Source: Trichodelitschia bisporula (Eukaryota). From it: a stretch of DNA of 64,000 nt. Positions 1-12,921 of the stretch are shown piece after piece; position 1 is the first letter of the stretch, and every line of letters starts with the position of its first letter. Location: positions 1,134,691 to 1,198,690 of the forward strand of contig ML996689.1 in NCBI GenBank assembly GCA_010356995.1. Direction: 5' to 3'. Below the pieces are notes generated by a model. It made no database searches, was not told where the DNA came from, and worked only from the letters and a program-made list of their open reading frames with translations. The position numbers were made by a program, and so were the translations under genes.

Positions 1-330
1 TTTGGTCAGCTCGTTACTCCCCGACTGGTTGTCGGCGACTTTCATCTACCTCCCACGCCCAAGGTTCCTGCACCACTAACCACCAAACCTGTCGCAGCCG
101 ACCATATTTCGCCTAGTCTCCGCAGCTTGTATACGCACTGAACCATCATCGCTGTCCGATATCTCCTCTTCAATTCTCCACTTTCTGTTCACCCCATGCC
201 AGCCTTTTGAGCATTTGCGAGCCTGACAACCACGTCTGCGGCTGCGCCTCGTGGTAGGACAACCCTCGACGCGCCCTGGAATGTACGTCGCTGACTAGTG
301 TGTCATTCCAGAGCAGAAGCAGCATCCACA

Positions 331-3300
331 ATGGCTGCACGCGGAGGAAACTCTGGCAGGACTCCTCGTCGTCATCGCGCTGACGACGAAGAGACACAGA
401 GTCCTTACTCACCTCACAACCGTTCTCGGTCATATGCTGCGCCAGCGACACCCACTGGCGATCGGGACCCCATCATGAACCCACATCAGCGCGAGCAAGA
501 GCCTGGAATATCGAGGAAAAAGAGTCTCATTCGACCCGAGCGTAACAGAATCGATCGAGACCATCCCAACTACCACTACCGCAAGCATGCACACGCGCAA
601 GGCATGGCAGTCCAGCCGTCGACGACTGGCAATGATCCCATCGCGGAGGAAGAGCTTGAAGCTGTAAGGACTTCGGACGGCCGTGACAGGCGGAGATATC
701 AAGGCACCTCTGAGGAGAAATCCGGCTTTGACGACACTCCTAGGCGGGAGGGAACTGGGAAGTTGAGGCGTAAAGACCCACAGACGCGCGCAGACGAAGA
801 AGCTCTTCGCAAGCAGGAGCGTGACTCGCTGCGTCCTCCCAGCATCTGGAATGTCTACTGCGCCATCATCACCTTCTGGGCGCCCAACAAGATTCTGGCG
901 TGCTTCGGGATGCCATCACCGCTTCAGCAGCGTGCCTGGCGCGAGAAGATGGGCTTGATCAGCTTGATTCTCAGCATCTGTACGGCCGTAGGCTATCTGA
1001 CCTTCGGCTTCACCCAAACGGTGTGTCCTCCCGGTGCGGCTCAGCGCATGCGTGTCAACACAGTCGATCGTGGCTTCATGGTGTTCCATGGCAAGGCGGT
1101 TGATCTGTCGCGCTCACACCACCCGCTGGCTCGCGGCGTTCCTGACGGCGCCAACGTTGTGTTCGATCTGGGATGGGGAGGCTGGGACGGGAGCTTTCTC
1201 TTCCAGCAAGTCAACGGTGCCTGCAAAGGATTGATCAACAAGGTGGAAGGATCGAGTGTGCCGTCGGACTCCGACGGAAACTTGGGCTGGTACTTCCCGT
1301 GCCGGCCAATCAAGCAGGACGGCTCCAGCGAGGCGAACAACACCACTCCTCTCTACAACGGGTTCCAATGCCACACGTCGAAGTCGTCTCGTCAGGCTTT
1401 CTACGCTCTGAGCACCTACGGCGACGTATACTACACGTGGCAGGATATCAAGAACTCCACTCGCCAGCTGATCGTTTGGGGCAGCGACGTCATCGACCTC
1501 AATCTCTTGACCTTCTTCAACACCAGCCAAGTCACCTATCCCCCGGAGTTTGACAGCATCCGCAAGAATACTGCGCTTTATGGCCTCGACACCACTAGGA
1601 TCTTTTCTTCAAGCAAGGACAAGCAGATTGCGCAATGCATGTCACAGATTGCCAAGGTCGGCACAGTCGACACAGCGACTGTTGGTTGTATTGCGTCCCG
1701 CGTGGTGCTGTACACGTCGCTAGGCTTTATCCTGGCGATTGTCGGAGCCAAGTTCGTCCTTGCTCTGATTTTTGAGTGGATCCTTTGCAAGAGATTCAAT
1801 TCCTCCTCGGAGAAAGACTCCTCCCACCGCCAGCGGCAGCAGCAGATTGAAGAATGGTCTGACGATATCTATCGCCCGGCACCGCGCCTGGCTGAGCCCC
1901 CGGCCTACGAGAGGAACAGCAATCGTGGTAGCCGCCTCTTCCCTCGCACATCGCGCTTCACCAGCCCGTACGCCATGGACGGCTCGCTGAACAAGGGATT
2001 GCCAACGACCATGGCGAGCCAGAACACGTCCAACGCGCGTCTGGTCCCGGGTGCGAGTCTCTACCGCCAGGGCAACCAGAGCCAGGGCACGCTGCCGTCT
2101 GATGGTTTCACCACGTTTACGCGGCACACTCATGGCGACAGCCGGTCGAGCGTGTTGGACACCGAAGGACCGGGCCCGGCTGGGTTTGTCCACGAGTCTG
2201 TTGTGCCGCAGCCCCCGCCTGAGTGGCAGCCGTATGGCTATCCGCTCGCGCACGCAATCTGTCTCGTTACTGCGTACTCTGAAGGCTACGACGGTATCCG
2301 CACCACGCTGGACTCGATCGCGACGACAGACTATCCGAATAGCCACAAGCTTATTCTCGTTATTTGCGACGGTATGATCAAGGGTCAGGGCGAGAAGTTC
2401 ACCACGCCCGACATCTGTCTCCGTATGATGAAGGATCACTACATTCCCCCGCAAGCTGTTGAGGCGTTTTCGTACGTGGCTGTGGCCAGCGGCTCCAAGC
2501 GCCACAACAAGGCTAAGATCTACGCTGGCTTCTACGACTACGGCCGTGACTCCAAGATTCCGAACGACAAGCAGGTGCGCGTTCCGATGATGGTCGTAGT
2601 TAAGTGTGGTACGGCGGATGAGCAAACGAAGTCGAAGCCAGGCAATCGTGGCAAGCGCGACAGCCAAATCATCCTCATGTCGTTCCTGCAGAAGGTCATG
2701 TTCGACGAGCGCATGACGGAGCTTGAATTTGAGATGTTCAACGGCATCTGGAATATCACGGGCATGTCACCGGACTTTTATGAGGTCATTCTCATGGTCG
2801 ACGCTGATACCAAGGTCTTCCCGGACAGCTTGACGCATATGATCTCCGCCATGGTCAAGGATCCCGAGATTATGGGCCTGTGCGGCGAGACGAAGATTGC
2901 GAACAAGCGCGAGACCTGGGTGACGATGATCCAGGTGTTTGAGTACTTTATCTCGCATCACTTGTCCAAGTCGTTCGAGTCGGTCTTTGGTGGTGTTACC
3001 TGCCTTCCGGGGTGCTTCTGCATGTACCGCATCAAGGCGCCCAAGGGCGACAAGGGCTACTGGGTGCCGATCCTGTCGAACCCGGACGTCGTGGAGCACT
3101 ACTCTGAGAATGTGGTCGACACGCTCCACAAGAAGAATTTGCTGCTGCTGGGAGAAGATCGGTACCTGTCGACGCTGATGCTGAAGACTTTCCCGAAGCG
3201 TAAACAGGTTTTCGTACCGCAAGCCGTGTGCAAGACGACGGTGCCGGACAAGTTCTCGGTTCTGCTCTCGCAGCGCCGCCGCTGGATCAACTCGACGGTG

Positions 3301-3947
3301 CACAACCTGATGGAGCTGGTGCTGGTGCGCGACCTGTGCGGAACCTTCTGCTTCAGCATGCAATTCGTCGTGTTCATCGAGCTGGTCGGCACGCTGGTGC
3401 TGCCGGCCGCCATCGCCTTCACGCTGTATCTGATCGCCATCTCGATCAAGGCGGCGATTCTACACACGGACGCGCCGCTCATCCCGCTGATTCTGCTCGC
3501 GTTGATCTTGGGTCTACCGGCCATTCTGATCGTCATCACGGCACACCGCGTTTCGTATATCGGGTGGATGTTGATATACATCCTCTCGCTGCCGGTGTGG
3601 AATTTCATCCTGCCGACGTATGCCTACTGGAAGTTTGACGACTTTTCCTGGGGTGATACGCGCAAGACGGATGGGGATACTAAGGGCCATGGGTATGAGG
3701 CTGAGGGCGAGTTTGACAGTAGCAAGATCACGATGAAGCGGTGGAATGACTTTGAGCAAGGTTTGTTTCCTCTTCGGAATTTCGTATTGAATGGGTTGCT
3801 AACTTCATTGTCACAGATCGCCGCAACAAGGGCTCCGGCTGGTCTCAACAGGGCTCGTCGCAAGCGAACTACCCCGCTGCGGCGCCGCAGGTGCACCAAC
3901 GCGAGCCATCGGGCGGATACTTTGAGCCGTACTACGACAACTACTAG
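331..3947 (+). CDS. chsD: Chitin synthase, class IV (Chs3/ChsD type)
   Basis: ATG 331; N-terminal [44 protein letters not shown] and DDFSWG motifs; intron 3761-3816 (GTTTGT..GCTAAC..CAG) leads to a short last exon ending TAG 3945-3947. The ORF-track extension to 4404 is read-through of that intron. Confidence 0.95.
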
Positions 3948-4519
3948 TGTGAGGGGTTTTGGGCGGTGCATTACCGGTGATGTCATGGTTGGCGATGTAC
4001 CACTAACTAGGCGGCAGCATGCTTTGTGCTTGTATTTTTGCTGTGTTTTACGGGTTATTTTTTCGGGTTGGGAGGTCTTCGCTATGGGATCGGAGCATAG
4101 GGCGGTGTTTGTTGAGGGCGCGTTGTGTGTTCAGCGACTATGGTCACATCCTACTACTATTGTGTATGTACAGCGCGAAAAAGGTCTTGTAGGTGGGCGA
4201 GCGAGTGGCGCCGGCGGATTTGAGGCTTTGCTGGGAGCACGGTTAGAAAGGTGCGCGATGTCCGAAGTAATGGTAACGCGTAAATATTGCCAATGCTGCT
4301 TCATGAGAGTGAGAGTGAGGCTGATGCTGGCTCGAGTCCGGATGTTGGATACCGTACATCCCTATGCTCGAGTCGCGTGTCCGGTCCGCGTGGCAGCCAG
4401 GTGAGCAACCTTGATTCAACGCCCTGAGCACAAAGTGCACGCTTCGAACGCCACTGAGCCGCATGCCAACCATGATACCGGTACGGCTTACGGATGTATT
4501 GAGGCGAGCAAAGAGCCGC

Positions 4520-5115
4520 AGATACCGCTGCGCTGGCGAGACACCTACACGGTGCGGGTGCCGGATCGGGACCTCTTCAGGTGGCCGTGGGTCCCAGCGC
4601 TCTCCAGCCGTATGTCCTTAATGGTACGCTCAGGCCGCATGGCCAGCCATATGACCAGACGCATCGCGGTTCCGTCCTGCTGGAATCATTCATCGCGGCA
4701 GCACCCGACTTGATAGAAGCCCGGGATAACTGAATGGAGGAGTTGAGCCGCATGTTGTCGTATGATCGATACAACGCATCCGTCGAGCTAGAGCGCTGCC
4801 GACATCGCAGCGTTGGCAAGCTACACGACGTGAGTGCCGGATCAGGATATGGTCAGGCGCTGAGACGGGCGCATATTGAGACGTACATTCGCCCTCTGGA
4901 GTACGGAGCGGTACGCCGTGCACCAAGTACGGACGTTGTAGAACCCGCCCACGTCTCACACCTACTACTCCGATACCGCAGCGCTGGCAGCATAAACGGC
5001 GAATGCCGAATCGGGATATAGTCAGGCGCGGGGACGGACGTTCGACGTCTGGAGTACGGAGTGGTACGCCGTGTAGCTAAACATGTGCGTCGTATTACCT
5101 GCCCACGTCTCCCAC
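4520..5115. repeat. Degenerate ~170-bp direct repeat (two near-full copies ~4799-4969 and ~4970-5115, partial copy ~4520-4572)
   Basis: Recurring blocks CGCAGCGYTGGCA..TGCCGRATCRGGATATRGTCAGGCGC..CTGGAGTACGGAGYGGTACGCCGTG..GCCCACGTCTC. Confidence 0.8.
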
Positions 5116-7044
5116 CGCGACGTACTGTCATGTCCTTCGTCGGCGGTGCAACGCCAGGCGCGTGGTCATCCCTCGCTGGCTGATCCGTTCGCGGCGTTGA
5201 TTGGCGCGCAGGTGGCGGTGGTCGCAGATGGTGGGAGCGAGGGCCGGGTAACAGGTCAGTGCGGACTCGGGAATGTACTACGAGGGATATGTCGTCCACC
5301 GTCCATCGTCTCCGACACCTAGTTATTACCAACCCCGTCACCTTCTGCAAGTTCCGCAACGGCGACTCGAGTGCCTGGCAGCGCTCGACAAGGCGCCCGC
5401 ATACGACGGGTAATCGGATCGGGCAAGGTCAGCGATGATGCACAACTACGGATCGAGACGATAGAAAACCCAGCGGCGGAACGCCTTTACGAGTTTTCTT
5501 CGCCTGTTGGTCGATGTCGGCGGTCGGTGGCCCGATGTGGGGTGCGCGCTGGCCGGGCGTCGTCACGAGGCTGAGGGTCCAAGGACCACCCGCAAAAGTT
5601 GTGGCTGGGAGTGTGCCGAGAAAGTGGTTAGTGTGGTGGCCACGACTTTCTCGGGAGGCCCTTGGTCCGTTTAGTGAGGCTCTGGATGTAGAGTGGTCTG
5701 TGCGCTACACTCGAGGGCGTCAGGTGGCGGTGCAGAGGTGGGGCGCAGCGGTGGTGAGAATTGGAATGACGGTTGGTGAGATGCGGCTTGGGTCAGGAAC
5801 GGGGTGCAGCAGCAAGTATGCGTGGGCTTGTGACTCGGGTTTCGCGTACCACAGCATGTACAGTGGAGAAGCGGATTCCTGCTGGGTAACTTCTGGTGGA
5901 CAGTTGTGGTGGAATGGGTTCGGGGTGATTTCATCGCGCATCGGCGGTGGATCTTTTACCTCGATTCGCTTGTGGTCTGCTTGCATCTGATGGGCCGGGA
6001 AAGCGCGCGCATGCGCTTGGTTGCCTCGGGTCGGAGGGTGGACCGGCTGGGGCGAGGGTGACGCGGGGAGCGACGCCCGGGTTTGCGGGCGGGAGGCGAT
6101 CGGGTCGAGGGGTGTTCCTGGATCGGGATGGGCACGGGATGGGGACTATGATCGTGGCGGGGAGAGGGTGGATGGGTTGGAAGCGTTGTGAGATGGAGAG
6201 CAGGCAGAGGCTCGAGATGATGAGGCGGTCGTCTAGTGGGTTGGAGGGTGGACTGGATTGCCTCGATGGATGACTGTGGGACAAGGCAGCCGAGTCGGTC
6301 GTGATGAGGTGGAAGGCCATGGGAAGGTAGATAGAGGAAGGGAGGGCTGGAGATGCTAGGCAGTGGGTTTGCATGTCGTTAGGCAGTGAGTTGTAGAGAT
6401 TGGCAGATAGTGGAGGTCACCAACCGAACATCGCCGCCACATGGACCACAAGGCTGGGGCAGTGGAGACACGAACATGCTGTACCGCACTTGATGTTGCT
6501 GCCTGAACGCCTTGACTCGTTTGCCAGCGCTTGGTGAAGAAGTGGCTAGAGAGTGGCTCATGAGTGGCTTGTGGTGAGAGAGGGCCTTACTTCTTTTGCT
6601 TCCGTGACCAACATTTTGACTTCAACAACAACAACGTCAACGACCGCTTCTTCTGCTGTTTAGGCGCTGCTTCACGCTCACACTCCCCTCACGCAACAGC
6701 ACCACCAGTAAGTACTCTAGTCTCGTATACTGCTACTTCGGCTCCTACTTCTATACTTCGTAAACGTCGCTCCTTCACGGCTTTGGGTCATCGCACAGCC
6801 CTGCACCTTGCGACTTGCCTGCTGCGGCCCTGTGACAGCTCACCAGCGTGTGCCCACCCACAGCCGACACGAGCCAACGACAACACACTGTGCAGTCCAC
6901 CTATCACACCTGCCTGCAACGCATGGCCTCGTTCTGATCTTTTGCGAAAACAGATAACCTAATCTCGTCCCCGTCCATCGTTGAAGTCAAAGCCTTGATC
7001 GCGACACACTCTCTCGCTCCACTTGAAGGGAGCCGCAGCCCACC

Positions 7045-10000
7045 ATGGCCAAGGCAGACCCAAAAGTGAACTACTACGCCGTCCTCGAGCTGACTCCCAC
7101 CGCGGGGACGGAGGATATCAAGAAGCAGTTCCGCAAGCTTGGTGAGTCTTATGCGGTCGACATTAGCGCCCGATGCTAATGTTATCGTTTGTAGCGCGCT
7201 CGTACCACCCTGACCGTAACCCGGGCAAGGAGACGGAGTATGTTCCCAAGTTCCAGGCCATCCAGGCTGCCCACGAGATTCTCTCCGACCCTCAAGAGCG
7301 CGCCAAATATGACGCAGACCGTCGCCGTTTAGGTCTCAGCTCCAAGACGACCGGTACGAATCGCTATTCAGCCCACTCAGACTTCCCTCCTCCTCCTCGC
7401 CGTACAGCGCGTACACAACCTCCTCAACCTCCACCGCGTGCGAACCCCACACCCCCGCCGACATGGTGGCAGCATACTGCTCCACCACCACCTCCACAAA
7501 CGCCCAACTCTAGACGCACTGGATACGCGCGGCCAACTCAACCCCCGCCGGTACCACCTAGATCGGGACAAGATTCGGCCAAGGCAGCTAGGGATGCGGC
7601 AGCTAGAGAGGCAGAGGCAGCCGCACGTGCCTTTCACCACTTTACACACATGCCACCCGGTTTCGGTCAGCCGCAGCGGGAACAGTGGTCGGACGAGGAG
7701 CCACGGCGTCCGCGCGCATCGTCACGCACGGAGCGGCCAGAACCGTTTGGCAGTTTCGGTCGGAGTAATACCACGCGGTCTAGTAAGAAGAGCGGGTTCG
7801 ACCCGAGTACTCCTGGCATCGGAGACTGGGAGCCGCAGGCACCACGCAGCAGTGCGTACACATCGTACGCGCGACAGAGCACACCCAAGGAGTCACCCCG
7901 GAGTCCGAAGCCGCAACAGCCGAGCCCGACTTCCTTTCCCCCTCCCCCCCCTCCTCCCATACATCCCACCGGCAACCCCTTCCAGACCCGGCCCGAGGAT
8001 ATGCCGTTTACTGATAACATGCCGCGGATGAGCCAGCCGTACGCCGCGCACCCGTCGGAGAAGTCGTACTTCAAACCGGAGCCTGTGCGGCGGTCGAACA
8101 CTGTCCGGGAATCGTCGCGACAAGCGTCGTCTCGTGGACCTACTCCTACCAAGACCTCTCCGCGGGGACCAACTAACCGTCATCGGAGCGTAAGTCCGCC
8201 TCGCAGGGCGTCGGAAACACCCATGTCGCCACGTGGACGGACTCCACATGCTCAGCCTGAGGCAAAAAAGCAGTCGTCGGATTCCCGGAGCAACAGTATG
8301 GATCCCAACTTCCACCAGAACGAACTTGACAGTGATGATCCGGACTCGGATGACTCCTCCCTTAGCGGAACTAACGGCAGCAACGGCTTCAGTGATCCGC
8401 CGCGCAAGAAGGCCGAGCCCGGCCAGTTCTGGCGCAAGACCAAGGCCGCCGGAATGCGATCGATGCCGGAGACGCCCCTTAGTGGCGGAGGTGGAGCGAA
8501 GCCCATGTAAGTGACTTTCTCTTCCGTTGCATGTACAAGTTTGTGTGAGAATGTTGTATGGTGTGTCTGAAGCTGAGTGGCAAAGGGGACAGGAGAGGTC
8601 GTATCATATGTGGGCGCAGCAGTGGCCATTTGGGCCTGAGAGGACGAACATGAAGCACAAGCTGCCAAGCTGGGCTTTTCCTTCATTTGTTACGACAAAG
8701 AAGAGCAAGTTTGATGAGCAGGGGAAGCGCGAGGAGCCTGTTGCGCAGAGAGGGGATGAGTTGAACGGGTTGGTGATAACCGAGTGTGCACATTTCGTCG
8801 ATTTTGGCTTCCGAACATATATATCTCTCGTCGGGGGCCATGTACTAACCACGGCTTCCGCAGCTTTGATTTTCCAGGATTCGTGCCTTTTAGCAGCACT
8901 GACTTTAAGAGCCGCAGCTCGGAGCATATCAACGCGAAGTTCGCACCGTCAGAGCAACTGCCCCAGTTCCGTGGCGCAGACTCCTTCGAGCCACCCCCGA
9001 CTTCGACCCGCCGTCGCGCCAAAGCGTCCCCTACGCGCCGTGCCTCCCGCACACCAGGTCCTACCAGCTCGCGCGATGGGGGCAAGGACTCAACGGGTCG
9101 CAAATCGGTGCCACCCATGGGCACGGGGTACGCGCCGCCGCCGCAGGTTCCGCCCTTCCCCCCCGAATTCCGCGACCAGAAATTCGACAAAGACCAGTGG
9201 AACAACGTAGCAAACCCGAGCATGTTTGCGCCAATGCCGTTGTTTACCACAAAACCAACTGCCCGCCCCAAGTCACCCACGAAACCGAATTCGGGCGCGA
9301 GCCGCCGCTCGAAGACGCCGACTGCTCGCGCGCAGCCGCCGCCGCCGGCACAGGACGCTAAACATGCGGCTCCGCCGCCGGTGACCGTGTCGGATGAGGA
9401 TGAAGGTGTTCCGATTGGTGCGGCCTCGCCGCGGGCGCATCGGCACTTCTCGCCTATTGATGTCGATCCCATGGATATTGACTCCGAGCCCGTAGTCCCG
9501 GTTGCACCGCCGAAGATGCAACCCCCTCCGCCCCCCCCTCCGCCTCCCCCGCAGCCGCCGAAAATGCAACCCCAGGCACCGCCGCAGCAGTTCCCGTTTC
9601 CAGCTCAGCAGCAGGCGCAGAGCCAGGCTCAGCAACAGCAGCCGAGGGATCCGCGCAATGTGTACGTCGAGGCGAGGGCGAGGCCTGAGTGGCATGCTGT
9701 GAATAATCAGCCTACCACTTCTGCTGCTGCGAATGGTACGGCTGGCACGACTGGCACAGCGAAGACAACGGGCACGAACGGTACCCAGTCGACATCTCGG
9801 AATATTGACCTGAACGACCTGCAGGCGCACCTGCGCGAAGTACGCGACACCCAGCCAGCCTTCTACTTCCCCTCCCGACCCGGCTCTCACCCCTCCAAAT
9901 CCTTCGTTCCGCGCGCCCCAAGCCTGCCCGTCGCGCCCGTCCCACCCCCGGTACCTTCGAAAAACATGCCCATCACTCGGAGTGTATGGAGCGCCTTCGT

Positions 10001-10289
10001 AGCCCTTTTCGCACGGTACATGAGCGAGTGGAATCGGTTTGAGACGGTGGTGCAGGGGCACTTTGCCGCACGACTTACGCTGGGGAAGGAGCTGGAGCGG
10101 GCGGATGTGCTCAATGCTCAAGGGGAAAGGGCAGAGGGCGTGGGGGTTGAGAGTTATTTGAAGGGGTTGAGGGAGGATAAGGTGCTGAGGGAGAGGTTTG
10201 ATGAGGCGAGTCGCAGGCATTTGGGGGCTGTGGAGGAGTTTGCGGGGGTTAAGGGGAGGGTTAGGGGGGAGGGGTTGGTTGAGGGGTAG
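7045..10289 (+). CDS. J-domain (DnaJ) protein with long Pro/Ser-rich disordered region and helical C-terminal domain
   Basis: MAKADPKVNYYAVLEL..FRKL|ARSYHPDRNPG..FQAIQAAHEILSD..YD; introns 7142-7194 and 8507-8863 join ORFs 7173.. and 8784..10289 in frame. Confidence 0.9.
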
Positions 10290-11337
10290 GGGTGTGTGAA
10301 GATGAGATTGGGGTACGGTCTTTGATCTTTGGGTTTCAGCATTGGGCACGAAGATGGAAACTTGTGTGAAGGACTGGGATAGGCTGTTCTGAGCTTTTGC
10401 ATCAGCATTTTTAGGCTCACGGGCGGTGTTACGGGTTGTTTCCTCATGTCGGCGTCTGAGAGCATGGGCTGCGTGTGCATATTTCATGGTCAATGGGCGG
10501 CGGTTGTACAGCATTCGGATGTCTTTTTACGATGGATGAAGGAACTGCCCTGGTTTCCTGTACGACGAGTTGCGCGATGATTAGGTGCCAGCTGGGGAAT
10601 GAGTAGGAAATGACACTCTTGTATGTGTGGAAATTTGTTGATGGTGCTACTTTTCTCGTTCTTCATCTTGGTGGACTAAGTCTCTAGGGCTGGTTTTCTG
10701 TTTTCTTTCTTTTCATTTGGGACTGTCTTGCGTCAGTGAGCCATGAGCCGTTCAGTTGATAGAGGACGTGCTCCGCTGTAACGTCACAGCATGCCTCATG
10801 ACGCACAAAGAGTATATATACCAGTCATTTCTCATAGCTCATTCGATGGGGGCTTCTCCTCCCGTTCAACTACACCATCAGCATGTCCATCAGATATGTA
10901 TCCGCTGCCGAAGGTTCACTCGTCGAGGAAGAGGGCTATTGAAAGGAAACAGCATATGTGGCAGGTAGGAAGTGTTACTTCTCATCGATTGATGCAGTGA
11001 GGTCCCTTGCTCGCCGATCTCATCGGTGTGTAATCTCCAGGCAATACGTCCGACCATGGTACGTACGTGCTGCCTGGTGATTGCATACCAGTCAGGTGGG
11101 CGATTAGAGGCCTCGCTGCATCCATCGATGGGGAATAATACTTCTTACTGCTGCACATGTATGGAAGTGTTGTACAATAGGAAGCTACAGCGCAATATCA
11201 CAGCCACATATAGAACCATCATCAAGTCATTTCTCATCCTCGGAGCCTCAGCAGCCATGCGTGATACAACGCCACCATATCAACCTCACCCCACCTCAAC
11301 TCCCACGACCATCTACACAGACGCCACCCCCAAACCA

Positions 11338-12921
11338 TCAAACACTAGCAACCCTAACCCTCTTCCCCATCCTCAATCCAAGCAACAACTCCGCCGCCCT
11401 CGCATCCCCACTCTCCCTTCCCCCCCTCCCCCTACCCCTCTTCCTCCGCTCACTCCCTCTCCTCCCCAGAACCGTCCCCCCATCACTCTCCACCAGCCCT
11501 AACCCCCGCTCCTGCATCTCGTCACCTCGGTCCCGCTCTCGCCGCGGTGCCGGCGCGGGGGGGAGGAGCCTACCGGTAGCAACACTCTCGAGGGTCCGAC
11601 CAAAGGGAGGGCCATGTCCAAGGGGGCCGCTCTGGCCGAGTGGCGCAAGGTTAACAGCCGCCCAAGTCGGCGGCGCAAACCGCGGCGTGCGTGATCCATG
11701 CACATCCCCGCGCGGCTCGCTCCACGGCGGCCCCGCGGGCACCGTCCTTGGACTCACGCCCGGACTCCCTGCCCCACCCGAGCTCCAATCCGTGTCAGTC
11801 CCGTACCCGCTCTCCGCCTCTTCCGGGCCCCGGGCGCGGCGCGGCGCGGGTTGGAGGGGCTTGAAACGCCAGGTTGGTGGCGGGGAGGCCGGGGAGGGAA
11901 GGCCCAGGGCTAGCGGCTCCGGGTCCAGCATTCGTGGGTCTGGACCTAACGGTCCGGGCCCTGGACGGGCATCGGCGCGGGCGAGCCAGCGCGCTGTCTC
12001 GGCGGTGCAGTGGCGGATGATGGCGGGATCGATTTTGAAGCTTGCGAAGCGGGGGTCGGAGGGCGGGATGCAGGTCTCCGCGAAGGAGGGACCGAAGACG
12101 GGGGTTAGGGCGTGGCGGATTGGGTGGCAGAAGGTGCGGGCGACGGCGAGGGCGCAGGCGTAGGGCATCCAGTAGCCTGGGGTTGGGTTAGTAGAGTCGT
12201 TGAGAGGGGTTGCGTGAGGGGAGGGGCGGACCTTGAGCCGCGAGGGCGCCGCCGGTTATGCTGTGGCTTATTTCGCGGAGGCCCGGGTTCAGGTTGAGGA
12301 CTTTAGCTGGGGTGGTCTACAGGTGGGTTAGTGGCTGAGAAAAGAGGGAGGGAAGGGAACGCGCCTTGGAGTACTTGCAGCACTTGAAGAAGGGCGTGAT
12401 GCGCACAAGGCCGACGTTGTAGTCCCACATCACGGTATACTCCTTGTCCTCACCGGGAATCTTGAAGGTATACTGAAACACTGCAGCCCGTCAGCTCATC
12501 GCCCTCCCCTCAGGGAATCAATCAAGCGGAAAGAGCCGCACTGGCACTACCCACCCTCGAACGCATCCCGCCCGGTCTTGGTCAAGAACGTCTTCTTATC
12601 ACTGCTGTACGGAATGTGGTGACAGTAGTCCGCAATCTCTCCCCGCGGATACACACTGAACTCGGCATGCCGTGCCGCGAGCTCCGACCCCGGCGCTGCC
12701 TCGTACGGCGGGAACAGTACCGCACCTTTGGTCGCGCCCTTGCGGAATATCGGTGCGTCCTTGGGCTGCTTCGCGACACGCTTGGGCGGTGTTGGAGCGT
12801 AGGTCGGCTGGGGCGCTCGCAAGGCTGAGTGGTGGTTCGGCACGACCGTGCCGCGTGGACGCCACTCGGCCGGCGACGGCGGCGGAGGCGGAGGCGGGTT
12901 GAGCAACGCGGCAATCTTCAT
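11338..12921 (-). CDS. XBP1: APSES/KilA-N transcription factor, Xbp1-like
   Basis: Spliced product [87 protein letters not shown]; introns 12481-12554, 12317-12364 (GC-AG), 12177-12231; N-terminal IAALLNP motif. Confidence 0.88.

Noticed and set aside
196..210. Four-codon uORF upstream of chitin synthase
   Set aside because: May lie in a 5'-UTR intron or upstream of the TSS; cannot be supported from sequence alone.
3948..4404. C-terminal extension of chitin synthase in the ORF track
   Set aside because: Artefact of reading through intron 3761-3816; the spliced frame stops at 3947.
9273..10514. 413-aa antisense ORF
   Set aside because: Shadow of the GC-biased J-protein exon; no motif.
11261..12163. 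300-aa plus-strand ORF
   Set aside because: Antisense to the XBP1 last exon; low complexity.
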